Source: Gammaproteobacteria bacterium
Lineage (GTDB): Bacteria > Pseudomonadota > Gammaproteobacteria > JABABF01
Direction of reading: 5' to 3'
Length of the DNA stretch: 64,000 bases
Assembly: GCA_965237805.1 (NCBI GenBank)
Contig: OZ250153.1
Coordinates: forward strand, 1,013,816 to 1,077,815
The notes beneath the pieces are model-generated. The model was not told the DNA's origin. It searched no databases and saw only the letters and a program-made list of their open reading frames with translations. A program made the position numbers and the translations under genes. Numbering within the stretch: the stretch's first letter is position 1; every line of letters starts with the position of its first letter. This document shows, one piece after another, positions 29,252 to 39,123 of this stretch.

Positions 29252-29955
29252 TTTCATTGACTGCCGACGCCCTGCACAAATCCTATGGCAGCCATACAGC
29301 GGTGCAGGGCTTGTCGCTGCAGCTGCGCGGCGGCCAAGTCTGCGGCCTGTTCGGCCCCAACGGTGCAGGCAAGACCACCGCCTTCCAAATGATGGCGGGC
29401 CTGATCACCCCGGACAAAGGGCGGGTATTGCTCAACGACCAAGACATCACCGCTTGGCCCCTGCCCCGGCGTGCGCGCCGGGGCATCGCCTATCTGCCGC
29501 AAGACCCTTCAGTATTCCGCGGGCTGTCGGCGCGGGATAACCTCTTGGCCGTGCTCGGCAACACGCGCCACACCCGGCGGGATGCCGACGAATTGCTGGC
29601 ACGCTTCGAGCTCGATGCCCACCGCGACACGATGGGTGGCCAATTGTCCGGCGGCGAGCGGCGGCGGCTGGAAATTGCCCGCGCCATCGCCTTGGCACCT
29701 GATTTCCTGCTGTTGGACGAGCCGCTGGCGGGTATCGACCCGATTGCGGTCGAGGGCATTAAGACCTTGATCGAGCAGTTGCGCCAAGAGCGGGGCATCG
29801 GCATCCTGATCGTCGACCACAACATTCACCAAGCGCTGGCGATGTGCGACCACAGCTGGATTCTGAACCACGGTGCCGTCATCGCCGAAGGTGATACCGA
29901 CACCGTGGCGCACTCGGCAATAGTGCGCAAACGGTATCTAGGGGAGGATTTCTAG
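29248..29955 (+). CDS. lptB: LPS export ABC transporter ATP-binding protein
   Basis: Walker A GPNGAGKTT, signature LSGGERRRLEIARA, Walker B LLLDEP. Confidence 0.9.
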   Translation: MISLTADALHKSYGSHTAVQGLSLQLRGGQVCGLFGPNGAGKTTAFQMMAGLITPDKGRVLLNDQDITAWPLPRRARRGIAYLPQDPSVFRGLSARDNLLAVLGNTRHTRRDADELLARFELDAHRDTMGGQLSGGERRRLEIARAIALAPDFLLLDEPLAGIDPIAVEGIKTLIEQLRQERGIGILIVDHNIHQALAMCDHSWILNHGAVIAEGDTDTVAHSAIVRKRYLGEDF

Positions 29956-30024
29956 GGTGTCGCTTTGCCGAATGGGGCGCGCAAGCACCGGCACCATACA
30001 GCGGTTTGACCTCGCCTCGACAAC

Positions 30025-30906
30025 ATGAACGCAGAGACCGAGCCACAACTGATCATCATCAGCGGGCGCTCCGGCTCAGGCAAGAGCGTCGCCCTGCGGG
30101 TCTTGGAAGATGCAGGCTACTACTGTGTGGACAACCTACCCGCCAGCCTGCTCGACGCGCTGATCCACGCCACACTCGGCGACAGCAGCTCGCCACATCA
30201 CAAAGTCGCCGTGTCGATCGATGCGCGCAATGTTGGTGAGGACACCCGCGCCATTGTCAAGCAGATCCAACACCAAAAGAAACGTTTCGCGAATATAGCG
30301 ATCTATTATTTGGATGCGGCCAACGATATCTTGGTGCGACGTTTCAAAGAAACCCGTCGGCGCCATCCGCTGAGCTCGACGCGCATCAGTCTCAAGCAGG
30401 CCATCGAATGGGAAGACTCGTTATTGGAGTCGCTGCGCGAAAATGCGTCGCTACTCATTGATACCAGCACGACCAACCTACCCGAATTCCGCCAATCCAT
30501 CATAGATCGCATTGTCAAGCAAGACGGCTTTAGCGAAATCGCCCTACGGCTGATTTCCTTTGGCTATAAAAAAGGTCTGCCGATAGATGCCGACATGGTG
30601 TTCGATGTGCGTTGCCTGCCCAACCCCTACTGGCGCGAGGCGCTACGCGAGCTCGATGGATGCGACCGCGCCGTGCAGGCTTATTTGAGCAAGAACCGTG
30701 ATGTTATCAAAATGCGCAAAGGGATCGAGAGTTTCATCAGCGACTGGATCCCCGCCTTCCAGCGCGAGCATCGGCATTACCTATCCATCGCCATTGGCTG
30801 CACCGGCGGGCAGCACCGCTCGGTGTATCTGTGCGAGGCACTGGCCAAGCAATTCCGGCGTCAATTGGGCAATGTCAGCGTCCAACACCGAGAATTGATG
30901 GGCTGA
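30025..30906 (+). CDS. rapZ: RNase adapter protein RapZ (YhbJ)
   Basis: LIIISGRSGSGKSVALRVLEDAGYYCVDNLP... and C-terminal ...GCTGGQHRSV match RapZ along the full length. Confidence 0.9.
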   Translation: MNAETEPQLIIISGRSGSGKSVALRVLEDAGYYCVDNLPASLLDALIHATLGDSSSPHHKVAVSIDARNVGEDTRAIVKQIQHQKKRFANIAIYYLDAANDILVRRFKETRRRHPLSSTRISLKQAIEWEDSLLESLRENASLLIDTSTTNLPEFRQSIIDRIVKQDGFSEIALRLISFGYKKGLPIDADMVFDVRCLPNPYWREALRELDGCDRAVQAYLSKNRDVIKMRKGIESFISDWIPAFQREHRHYLSIAIGCTGGQHRSVYLCEALAKQFRRQLGNVSVQHRELMG

Positions 30907-30977
30907 TCGCGGCCAGTCAGTGTGCGCATTTGTGTATACTATGCAAAGCTGGCGGCACGAAATACGGCATTTTAGCG

Positions 30978-32354
30978 ATGGCTAAAGCGTTATCTCAAAA
31001 GTCCGGCTCGAAGAAAAAATCGCTCGAACTCCTTGCCAGCGCATTGGGCGAGCGTACCGAAACTATAGAAAAAGTGCGGGATTTGCTGCGTGGCTTGGTG
31101 CCACATCGCACCGCACAACTATTGGAAACACTCCCGCAAGCTAGCCGGCTCGTCGCTTGGGAGGTGCTGCCGCTGCACCGGCAAACCGAGGTGCTCCAAT
31201 TCCTGCGCCAAGATATGCGCGACCAATTCCTGCGCAACGCCAAAGTCGAAGACCGCGCCACCCTGTTTGCCAACATCCCCCAGCGCGAGCTGGCCGAGGT
31301 GATACGCAAGATGCCGCAAAAATTGGTGCCGGAGGTGTTGGACACGCTCGACGAGCAGGAAAAAGATCGCATCAAACGCGTGTTGTCCTTCGACGAGCAG
31401 CAAGCGGGCTCCCTGATGCGCACCGATGCGGTCACCGTGCGCAAAACCTTGAGCATGGAGGTGGTGGTGAAGTTCCTGCGCCGCCACGCGGCTCTCCCAG
31501 AGAGCTTCGAGTATCTCTTCGTCGTCGATCGCACAGGGCTGTTGCTCGGCATGCTGCCTTTGCCGGAAGTGTTGCGGAGCACCCCCGATGAGACCGTCGA
31601 GCAGCGGATGACGCCAGCGGCAGATATCTTTCCCATCCTCGGCGACTCACTGGCCGATGAAGCCGCCCAACTGTTCCAGCGTCATGAGTTGAAAGCCGCG
31701 CCAATCGTCGACGAGCAGGGAATCTTCGTCGGCTACCTGAGCTCCGACGATGTCAGAAACTATGCGCGCGACAACGCCGACCAGATGATGCGACGCCGTG
31801 GCGGCATCAGCGATGATGAAGCCGATACCTTTGCCCCGGTGTTGATGGCAGCACCGAACCGCATTATTTGGCTGTGCATCAACTTGGCGACGGCGATCAT
31901 CGCCTCGGCGACGATCCGAGTGTTCGAGGACACCTTGGCAAAAGTAGTCGCTCTCGCCATCTTGATGCCGATCGTCTCAAGCATGGGCGGCATCGCTGGC
32001 ACCCAAACCCTGACGGTGATGATTCGTGGCCTCGCTCTCGGCAATATCGCCCAACACAACACCCTATGGCTGATCAATCGCGAACTGTTGCTGAGCGCGC
32101 TCAATGGTTTCGCTTTGGCCAGCTTGGTGGCGATCGGCGCGGCATGGTGGTTCGATGACCCCCTGCTCGGCCTGATCATTTCCTCCGCCCTGTTGATCAA
32201 CCTGATGACAGCTGGTCTCGCCGGAGCCTACCTACCGCTGATGTTGAAAAAAATGCGCATCGATCCTGCCGTCGCCAGCGGGGTGATCTTGACGACTATC
32301 ACCGATGTGGTCGGCTTCGCATCCTTTCTCGGCTTGGCCACCATCGCCTACTGA
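30978..32354 (+). CDS. mgtE: magnesium transporter MgtE
   Basis: N-terminal MgtE_N domain, CBS pair, C-terminal TM domain with conserved ...PIVSSMGGIAGTQTLTV... Start at MAKALSQKS. Confidence 0.85.
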   Translation: MAKALSQKSGSKKKSLELLASALGERTETIEKVRDLLRGLVPHRTAQLLETLPQASRLVAWEVLPLHRQTEVLQFLRQDMRDQFLRNAKVEDRATLFANIPQRELAEVIRKMPQKLVPEVLDTLDEQEKDRIKRVLSFDEQQAGSLMRTDAVTVRKTLSMEVVVKFLRRHAALPESFEYLFVVDRTGLLLGMLPLPEVLRSTPDETVEQRMTPAADIFPILGDSLADEAAQLFQRHELKAAPIVDEQGIFVGYLSSDDVRNYARDNADQMMRRRGGISDDEADTFAPVLMAAPNRIIWLCINLATAIIASATIRVFEDTLAKVVALAILMPIVSSMGGIAGTQTLTVMIRGLALGNIAQHNTLWLINRELLLSALNGFALASLVAIGAAWWFDDPLLGLIISSALLINLMTAGLAGAYLPLMLKKMRIDPAVASGVILTTITDVVGFASFLGLATIAY

Positions 32355-32404
32355 AGGCAGCTGCCACTGGCAGAGGATGCGGCTCACTTTGGGTGCCGCT
32401 CGAC

Positions 32405-35317
32405 TCAGGGCTCTGTCAGCTCGGCATCCGCAGCTTGCTCGGATAACACAGCGGCCGTCTCTGCGGGCGGTGGCTCAGCCTGTCGCTTGCCCAATTCCAA
32501 GTCTGCCCACGGCCCCTTGATGGTATAGACAACATGTGCCAAGCGGTTCACCCCAGAGCCGACAATTTTGCTTGCCAGCCAAGTGCCAGCAAAAAGCAAC
32601 GGCACACTACCGACAGCAATCAGCGCCATCAACGGTAGATTGTCGGCCAAATACAGCGTCACATCCAGCTCGCCATCGACAGTCCCCGCAACCAAGTCAG
32701 CCTCGCCACGCAACACAAACTTTCCCTCATTGGCACCGACTGTGGTGCCGTAATCGGGGTCGAAGTGCAAGCGGCCATCCGCCATAAAGGCGCGTGCCTG
32801 CACTTCCTGGAAGCGCAGGCCATGGCTCTCCAGAGAGCGCAGGCTCGGCAACACGCCACGCAAGATATTGCTGAAGCTGAGCAAGCCGATCACCTTGAGT
32901 ATTCCCGGTCGCTCGACATCGGGGAACTCGCCCCGCCCCAGCTCGAAGCGTATGTCGCCGCGCAATGTTTGCAAATCGAAGTCGGCCAGCTCCCCGGGCC
33001 AAGAGAGTGTGGCGAGCAAATGCCCGTCTTTGCCTGTCACGACTGGAGCCACGCCCAGCTGTGTGAACAACTCGCCCATATCCGGTATTTCCAAGCCGCC
33101 TTCAAACAGCGTTGTCCAGCCATCTTCGTCCAGCCATTGCACCATCTTGGCACCGGTGCCGTCTGCGGCACTGCTGCGTAGGGTGATCCCCGCTTTGTCC
33201 GCGTACATGTTTTCTACCAGCATCCGGCGCACACCCGCATAGACATCGAAACGCCAAACACCGAGATCGTACTTGCCCATGTGAAATGAATCGACCGTGA
33301 CTGGCACCCACACCGTATCGGTAGATTCCGGCAGACGGCTGGGTCGGAAGGTCCTCATCGCAGTGGTGGTCACCGACGGCAGTGTTGACTGCGCTATCGC
33401 CAACAAATTGGGCAGGCGGACGAATTCACAATGGCCGTATACCTGCGCATCGCCATAGCGCTGCGAGAAAACCGCACGGGCATAAGGAGCCTCTATGCTG
33501 AGGGTCCAGCTGCTCTCCGTCGTGCGCAACACGCCGAGCCCACTAGGCATCGGGGCTCGGAATATCTCGGCCGCGTCATAGTTCATTGTCACTGCGCCTA
33601 ACACCCCATCGAAATCGATAACCCCCGATATGTTGTCGAAGATCAGCCCGCGGATGATCATCAGATCCCAATTGTCGTAATGCCCCGTGACCCGGATGCG
33701 ATTGGACACATCCAAGATATCCCCCGGTTTGTCCAGCGCCATGTCCACAGACAGTTCGCGCAATACACCTGCGCTGGTGCCCGTGGCAAACCACTCTGGC
33801 ATCACTTCGTCAAAGGCCGCGATGGGCATATGGTTTATCAATTCGATGAACTCCAGCTCGCGAATATTTGCTTGGCCTGATACGCTGTCCAATTCGCCGG
33901 TGTTCGACAGCCGCAATTGGAGATTGCTCACCGTGGCGACGCCGTCGCCCTGCGACATGTGCAGCTGGGCCGAAGGGATTTCAACCACCGCCGCATCCTC
34001 ATAGAAATTGATGTGCACTTTGGCATCAAACTCACGATAAGGCAGCACGGTGCCGTAGACCGCAGGCACCCAAAGTGCCAGCTGCATCCCCTCCAGCGAC
34101 CTCCCTGCCAGCTGCGACCCTTCCAGCTGCAACCCCTCCAGCTGCGACCCCTCCAGCTGAGCCCGGATCAAGCCCGGCACGGCCAACAGCTCGCCGGACA
34201 CACCGGCAAAGCCCGGCACACCAGCGATCAAGGGGACGGCTTGCAGCCCCTTGAAGCGCATGGAGATTTCCGGCAGCAACGGTTTACCCGGTCGGCTGCG
34301 GCTCAGCGACAGCCGCAGTTTGCTCACCGTGCCGCCAATCTGCAGTTGCTTCAGTGCAGACCAGCCCAAGGCCTCCGCCATACCGGAGTCGGACAAAGAG
34401 GCGGCCAAAGTGCCGAGATCCAAATTGTCTATGTACATGCTGTAGAGATCGGCATTAGGCCATGCGACCGGGATATCCGGCACCCGCACCGAACGCCCCA
34501 AGTAGTCAAAACGCAGCGCACGCAGACTACCGCGCCAAGTGTCCCGCCCCGAGCTGAAGCCATCGACAGTACCCTCCACCGCGCTGGCCGCCATCTCGGC
34601 TTCGCCCGAACGCAACGTCAGTTGCGGGCTGTTAAAAGCGGCGGCCCGCGTGGTGATGCGGTGCCAGAAGGGGCCCGCCCGCCCGCTGCGTAGATAGACA
34701 TGCAAAGCGGGGGCATGTAAAGAGGGCGCAGCATCACCACTACCAAACTGCATTGCGATGCTGCCACGCAAGGAGCTGTGCCAAGACAAAGGCCCCAATG
34801 GTGCGTTTAATGCCTGCTCGATCGAAATGCGCAGCTGCGCACCGCCCTCCTGCTCGACATGCAGGCGGCAGTCCCGCAGCTCGTGGTTGGTAATATGCAA
34901 CCGTCGTAGCAGCTCCCCAACACCCCATGCGGACTGCTTGCTCGCAGCGGACGCGCTCGGTGCCAGAGCTAAGTTCAGCTGGCAACCACGCACCACCACG
35001 TGGCTCAGCGATAGGCTCCGCGTCCACAAACTGCGCAACAAATTCACTCGCAGCTCGATATATGCGCTGCTAAAAATCCCACTGGGAGCGGTGATATGGA
35101 GATTGCGCAATACAATGCGTGGGTGCCATTGAAAGCCGTCTGTTTCCACTTCGGCAGCGAGGGAAGCTCCGGCGTGTACGCGTGCGGCTGCGACCAATTC
35201 ATCCCATCCATCCTCAAGACTGTGGACGTAGACTCGAGCCAAGTTGACCGCTACCGCCCCCAAAGCCAGCACCAGCACTAGGCTGATCAGAGCTAGGCGT
35301 AATGAAAATTTGAACAT
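32405..35317 (-). CDS. YhdP/AsmA-family large envelope protein
   Basis: N-terminal TM (MFKFSLRLALISLVLVLALGAVAV), ~970 aa, C-terminal ...VVYTIKGPWADLELGK... typical of the YhdP/AsmA_2 family. Confidence 0.7.
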   Translation of the reverse strand: MFKFSLRLALISLVLVLALGAVAVNLARVYVHSLEDGWDELVAAARVHAGASLAAEVETDGFQWHPRIVLRNLHITAPSGIFSSAYIELRVNLLRSLWTRSLSLSHVVVRGCQLNLALAPSASAASKQSAWGVGELLRRLHITNHELRDCRLHVEQEGGAQLRISIEQALNAPLGPLSWHSSLRGSIAMQFGSGDAAPSLHAPALHVYLRSGRAGPFWHRITTRAAAFNSPQLTLRSGEAEMAASAVEGTVDGFSSGRDTWRGSLRALRFDYLGRSVRVPDIPVAWPNADLYSMYIDNLDLGTLAASLSDSGMAEALGWSALKQLQIGGTVSKLRLSLSRSRPGKPLLPEISMRFKGLQAVPLIAGVPGFAGVSGELLAVPGLIRAQLEGSQLEGLQLEGSQLAGRSLEGMQLALWVPAVYGTVLPYREFDAKVHINFYEDAAVVEIPSAQLHMSQGDGVATVSNLQLRLSNTGELDSVSGQANIRELEFIELINHMPIAAFDEVMPEWFATGTSAGVLRELSVDMALDKPGDILDVSNRIRVTGHYDNWDLMIIRGLIFDNISGVIDFDGVLGAVTMNYDAAEIFRAPMPSGLGVLRTTESSWTLSIEAPYARAVFSQRYGDAQVYGHCEFVRLPNLLAIAQSTLPSVTTTAMRTFRPSRLPESTDTVWVPVTVDSFHMGKYDLGVWRFDVYAGVRRMLVENMYADKAGITLRSSAADGTGAKMVQWLDEDGWTTLFEGGLEIPDMGELFTQLGVAPVVTGKDGHLLATLSWPGELADFDLQTLRGDIRFELGRGEFPDVERPGILKVIGLLSFSNILRGVLPSLRSLESHGLRFQEVQARAFMADGRLHFDPDYGTTVGANEGKFVLRGEADLVAGTVDGELDVTLYLADNLPLMALIAVGSVPLLFAGTWLASKIVGSGVNRLAHVVYTIKGPWADLELGKRQAEPPPAETAAVLSEQAADAELTEP
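34085..34165. repeat. imperfect 15-bp tandem repeat x5 inside yhdP-like CDS (protein LEGSQ/LEGLQ repeats)
   Basis: CCCTCCAGCTGCGAC-like units; translated as QLEGSQLEGLQLEGSQLAGRSLEGMQL. Confidence 0.5.
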
Positions 35318-35527
35318 GGTGCTCCACAGCTGCTTAAACACCCTGAGAACAAATGTCGGATCGGGCCAATCCACCGCTCGACACACCGCAATGCGAACAA
35401 AATATGGCTTGCGCCAAAGCACGTCGGGCTCGGCTGGCTATTTTACAATAGACGCTGATTGCATCGCATATACTTTAGTCAGAAAACGCAATGTCTCAGC
35501 AACCATATCAGGGCAATCACGCCGATC

Positions 35528-35836
35528 ATGTCCCAAGGTGACGCATTGCCTCCCGATGAGTTGGATCGGCTCCAACAATTTGCCCGCCTCCGGTTGGAGG
35601 AACGTGACGTGGCGATCTTGCGCAACGACATCGCCGCCATCTTGCGCATGGTAGATCAGATGCGCGATGTCGATACCGACGGCGTGGAGCCGCTGACTCA
35701 TCCATTGGAATTGCACCAACGCCTGCGCGACGACCACAGCCAATCGCTTGATCCCGGACAGGCTGAAGCGGAGCGACGGCAAAATACTTCGGCGTTGCGT
35801 CAAGGCTTCTACTTGGTGCCCCGAGTCGTGAGCTGA
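35528..35836 (+). CDS. gatC: Asp-tRNA(Asn)/Glu-tRNA(Gln) amidotransferase subunit C
   Basis: GatC-like sequence (ARLRLEERDVAILRNDIAAILRMVDQMRDVDTDGVEPLTHPL). Precedes gatA. Confidence 0.85.
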   Translation: MSQGDALPPDELDRLQQFARLRLEERDVAILRNDIAAILRMVDQMRDVDTDGVEPLTHPLELHQRLRDDHSQSLDPGQAEAERRQNTSALRQGFYLVPRVVS

Positions 35837-35849
35837 GCGGCATTGCGCC

Positions 35850-37304
35850 GTGGCCGCAACTGAGACCGCCACCCAGCTGCTTGCAGGGTTGTGCGACAAG
35901 ACCTTCAGTAGCGAAGAGCTGACCCGGTACTATCTGGATCGGATCAAGGATCGCGCCGCTCGCTACAACTGCTTCATCACGCTCAATACCGAGGCCGCAA
36001 TGACACGGGCCAAGGCGATGGACCGCGCTCGCGCAGTTGGTCGGGGCGGTGCGCTGTGCGGGCTGCCGCTGGCGCACAAAGACATCTTCTGCACCAAGGG
36101 CTTGCGCACCAGCTGCGGTTCACGCATGTTGGCGGATTTCGTGCCGCCTTACGATGCCACCGTGGTGCGCCGACTCGATGCAGCCGGTGCCGTCATGCTG
36201 GGCAAGACCAATATGGATGAGTTCGCCATGGGATCGTCCAACGAGACCAGCCACTTTGGTCCTGTGCGCAACCCTTGGGATGTAGAGCGTGTACCCGGCG
36301 GCTCTTCTGGCGGCTCAGCCGCCGCCGTCGCTGCCGGGCTCACACCGGCCGCCACTGGCACCGATACCGGCGGCTCCATACGCCAACCGGCAGCGCTGTG
36401 TGGCATCACCGGCTTCAAGCCCAGCTATGGTCGCGTCTCGCGTTATGGCATGGTGGCTTTTGCTTCTAGCTTGGATCAGGCCGGGCCGCTGAGCCGCAGC
36501 GCCGAGGATGCCGCGCTACTGTTCAGCACCATGGCAGGCTTTGATCCCATGGATTCGACCAGCATCAATGCGGCGGTCCCCACGCCGAGCGAGCTGCTCG
36601 ATAGCGCGGGTACCGCGCCGCGCATCGGCTTCATCCGCGAGCAGTTGGAAGAGGATCAGCTGCACCCCGCCGCAGCGCAGGCGGTACGCGAAGCCATGGC
36701 GCTACTGGCTGGTGACAACGGGGGGCAAACGCTCAGCCTGCCACACGCCAATCTCGGCATCGCCGCCTACTATGTCATCGCCTCGGCCGAGTGCTGTAGC
36801 AACCTCGCCCGCTACGACGGTGTGCGCTACGGCCACCGCAGCACCTCGGCACAGGACAGCATCATGTTGACAGAGCGCAGCCGCACCGAGGGATTCGGAC
36901 TCGAGGTCAAGCGCCGCATTCTGTCGGGCAACTATGTGTTGTCTCAGGGTTACTACGAGGCCTATTACCGCAAGGCGCAGAAATTGCGCCGCCTGATCCA
37001 GCAAGATTTTCAGCGCGCTTTCGAAACGGTCGATCTGCTGATCGGGCCGACGGCTCCCGGCCCCGCTTTCCGCCTCGGGGAGCAGGTCGACCCCCTGAGC
37101 ATGTACCGCCAAGACCTCTACACCATCCCGGCCAGCCTCGCCGGACTACCCGCCGTATCGGTGCCAGCTGGCTTCGCCGACGGCCAGCCGCTAGGCCTGC
37201 AAATCATCGGCCCCTACCTAGGCGAGGCGCAAGTGTTGGCGGCCGCACACCGCTTTCAGCAGCGTAGCAATTGGCATCTGCAATCACCGGCTGCGGCGGC
37301 ATGA
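35850..37304 (+). CDS. gatA: Glu-tRNA(Gln) amidotransferase subunit A
   Basis: Amidase signature GGSSGGSAAAVAAG; full-length GatA similarity. GTG start. Confidence 0.95.
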   Translation: MAATETATQLLAGLCDKTFSSEELTRYYLDRIKDRAARYNCFITLNTEAAMTRAKAMDRARAVGRGGALCGLPLAHKDIFCTKGLRTSCGSRMLADFVPPYDATVVRRLDAAGAVMLGKTNMDEFAMGSSNETSHFGPVRNPWDVERVPGGSSGGSAAAVAAGLTPAATGTDTGGSIRQPAALCGITGFKPSYGRVSRYGMVAFASSLDQAGPLSRSAEDAALLFSTMAGFDPMDSTSINAAVPTPSELLDSAGTAPRIGFIREQLEEDQLHPAAAQAVREAMALLAGDNGGQTLSLPHANLGIAAYYVIASAECCSNLARYDGVRYGHRSTSAQDSIMLTERSRTEGFGLEVKRRILSGNYVLSQGYYEAYYRKAQKLRRLIQQDFQRAFETVDLLIGPTAPGPAFRLGEQVDPLSMYRQDLYTIPASLAGLPAVSVPAGFADGQPLGLQIIGPYLGEAQVLAAAHRFQQRSNWHLQSPAAAA

Positions 37305-38752
37305 TGGCTTGGGAAACGGTCATCGGGCTCGAGGTGCATGTCCAACTGGCAACCGCCAGCAAGCTGCTCTCCAGCACACCGACCACCTTTGGCGCGGCAC
37401 CCAACGAACACGCCAACCATTTTGATCTGGCACTGCCCGGCACCCTGCCAGTGGTCAATGCTGAGGCGGTGCGTTGCGCCGTGCTGTTCGGCTTGGCAGT
37501 CGATGCCGAGCTCGCGCGACGCTCTGTTTTCGCCCGCAAGCACTATTTCTATCCGGATCTGCCCAAAGGCTATCAGACCAGCCAATACGAACAGCCCATC
37601 GTCGGCCGGGGCACGCTCTGCGTATCGCTTCCGGACGGGCGTGAAAAGATTGTCGGCATCACCCGCGCCCACCTCGAAGAAGACGCCGGAAAATCTCTGC
37701 ACGACCGCTTCGCGGGCCAGACTGCGCTCGATTTCAATCGCGCTGGCGTGCCATTGCTGGAAATCGTCTCGGATCCTGATATGCGCTCGGCAGCAGAGGC
37801 GGTCGCCTATCTGCGCAGCCTGCACGAGATCGTCCGCCGCATCGGCATCTCCGACGGCCGTATGGCCGAGGGGTCGATGCGCTGCGATGTCAATATTTCG
37901 CTGCGTGAAGCCGGGCAGCTCAGCTTGGGCAAGCGAGCCGAAATCAAGAATGTCAACTCATTCCGTTTTGTGGAACAAGCCATCGAACACGAAACCAAGC
38001 GCCAGCGGCTACTGCTGGAGAGCGGCGAGACACCGCGGCAAGAGACCAGACTCTACGACCCGGGCCGCAATGAAACACGCGCTATGCGCAGCAAAGAGGA
38101 GGTGAACGACTACCGTTATTTCCCCGACCCCGACCTGTTGCCAGTGGTGCTGTCTGAGGAGTACATTGAGAGCTTGCGCCAAGCGCTGCCCGAGCTGCCA
38201 GCCGCATCTCGACAGCGGCTGCGCGAACAGCACCAACTCAACCCGCAAATCGCCGCACAGCTGGCCGACGACAGTGCCACGCTACGCTTCTTCGACGCGG
38301 TGGCCGACAGCTGTGGGCACAGCACCCTAGCCGCCAACTGGGTGACTGGTGCACTGCTGGCCAAGCTCAGGCACCATGGCCTCGATATCGCGCACAGCCG
38401 GGTGAGCGCAACACATTTGGCCGAGTTGTTGCGGCGGCTCGCCGACGGCAAGATGTCGAGCAAAATGGCCAAGGAGGTGTTTGCCGCCATGTGGGAACAG
38501 CAATGTGATGCTGGGCGCATTATTGAGCAGCAGGGCTTGTCACAGATCTCGGACGAAAGCGAGCTCGACACGCTGATCCAGCAAATACTGGCAGAGCACG
38601 CCGCGCAGGTGGAGCAATACCGGGCGGCCGCCCCGGAGAAACGCAAAAAAATGCTCGGTTTCTTTGTCGGCCAGTTGATGCGAAAAAGCAGCGGACAGGC
38701 CAACCCATCCCTCGCCAACACCCTTTTTCTGCGCCGCTTGGAAGTCAACTAG
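37301..38752 (+). CDS. gatB: Asp-tRNA(Asn)/Glu-tRNA(Gln) amidotransferase subunit B
   Basis: WETVIGLEVHVQL..., HYFYPDLPKGYQ...; ATGA overlap with the gatA stop. Confidence 0.95.
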   Translation: MMAWETVIGLEVHVQLATASKLLSSTPTTFGAAPNEHANHFDLALPGTLPVVNAEAVRCAVLFGLAVDAELARRSVFARKHYFYPDLPKGYQTSQYEQPIVGRGTLCVSLPDGREKIVGITRAHLEEDAGKSLHDRFAGQTALDFNRAGVPLLEIVSDPDMRSAAEAVAYLRSLHEIVRRIGISDGRMAEGSMRCDVNISLREAGQLSLGKRAEIKNVNSFRFVEQAIEHETKRQRLLLESGETPRQETRLYDPGRNETRAMRSKEEVNDYRYFPDPDLLPVVLSEEYIESLRQALPELPAASRQRLREQHQLNPQIAAQLADDSATLRFFDAVADSCGHSTLAANWVTGALLAKLRHHGLDIAHSRVSATHLAELLRRLADGKMSSKMAKEVFAAMWEQQCDAGRIIEQQGLSQISDESELDTLIQQILAEHAAQVEQYRAAAPEKRKKMLGFFVGQLMRKSSGQANPSLANTLFLRRLEVN

Positions 38753-38755
38753 ATC

Positions 38756-39052
38756 ATGAAAAAGGACAAGCGGGTAGTCATCGACGAGGTGTGGACAGAG
38801 CAGAGGGTGCGGGGATTTTTGCGGCTACAGGCACCGGTAGGCGTGGATGGTGATTTTTTCACACTACTGCGCGCCTACCAGAGTATGCGGCTTGAGGATT
38901 TTGAGCGGTTCATCGACTTTTTCCAAGCTGAACAGCGCAATCTCAGCGCTCGCTCGCAACATGGTGAGACCATCCTCAGCATCATCTCAAAGCACCGCCG
39001 CAGCGGAGCCTATGCCGAGCTGTTGCAACGCGCGGGAGCGACGGGCGGGTAG
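38756..39052 (+). CDS. small conserved hypothetical protein, translationally coupled to gatB
   Basis: 98-aa ORF starting 4 nt after the gatB stop. No family recognised by eye. Confidence 0.4.
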   Translation: MKKDKRVVIDEVWTEQRVRGFLRLQAPVGVDGDFFTLLRAYQSMRLEDFERFIDFFQAEQRNLSARSQHGETILSIISKHRRSGAYAELLQRAGATGG

Positions 39053-39123
39053 CGCCCCCGGCAATGGCGACCAGACAAGGCAAACTCTGGCAGAGTTTGC
39101 CACCACGGCAGCGGGACGCGGCG

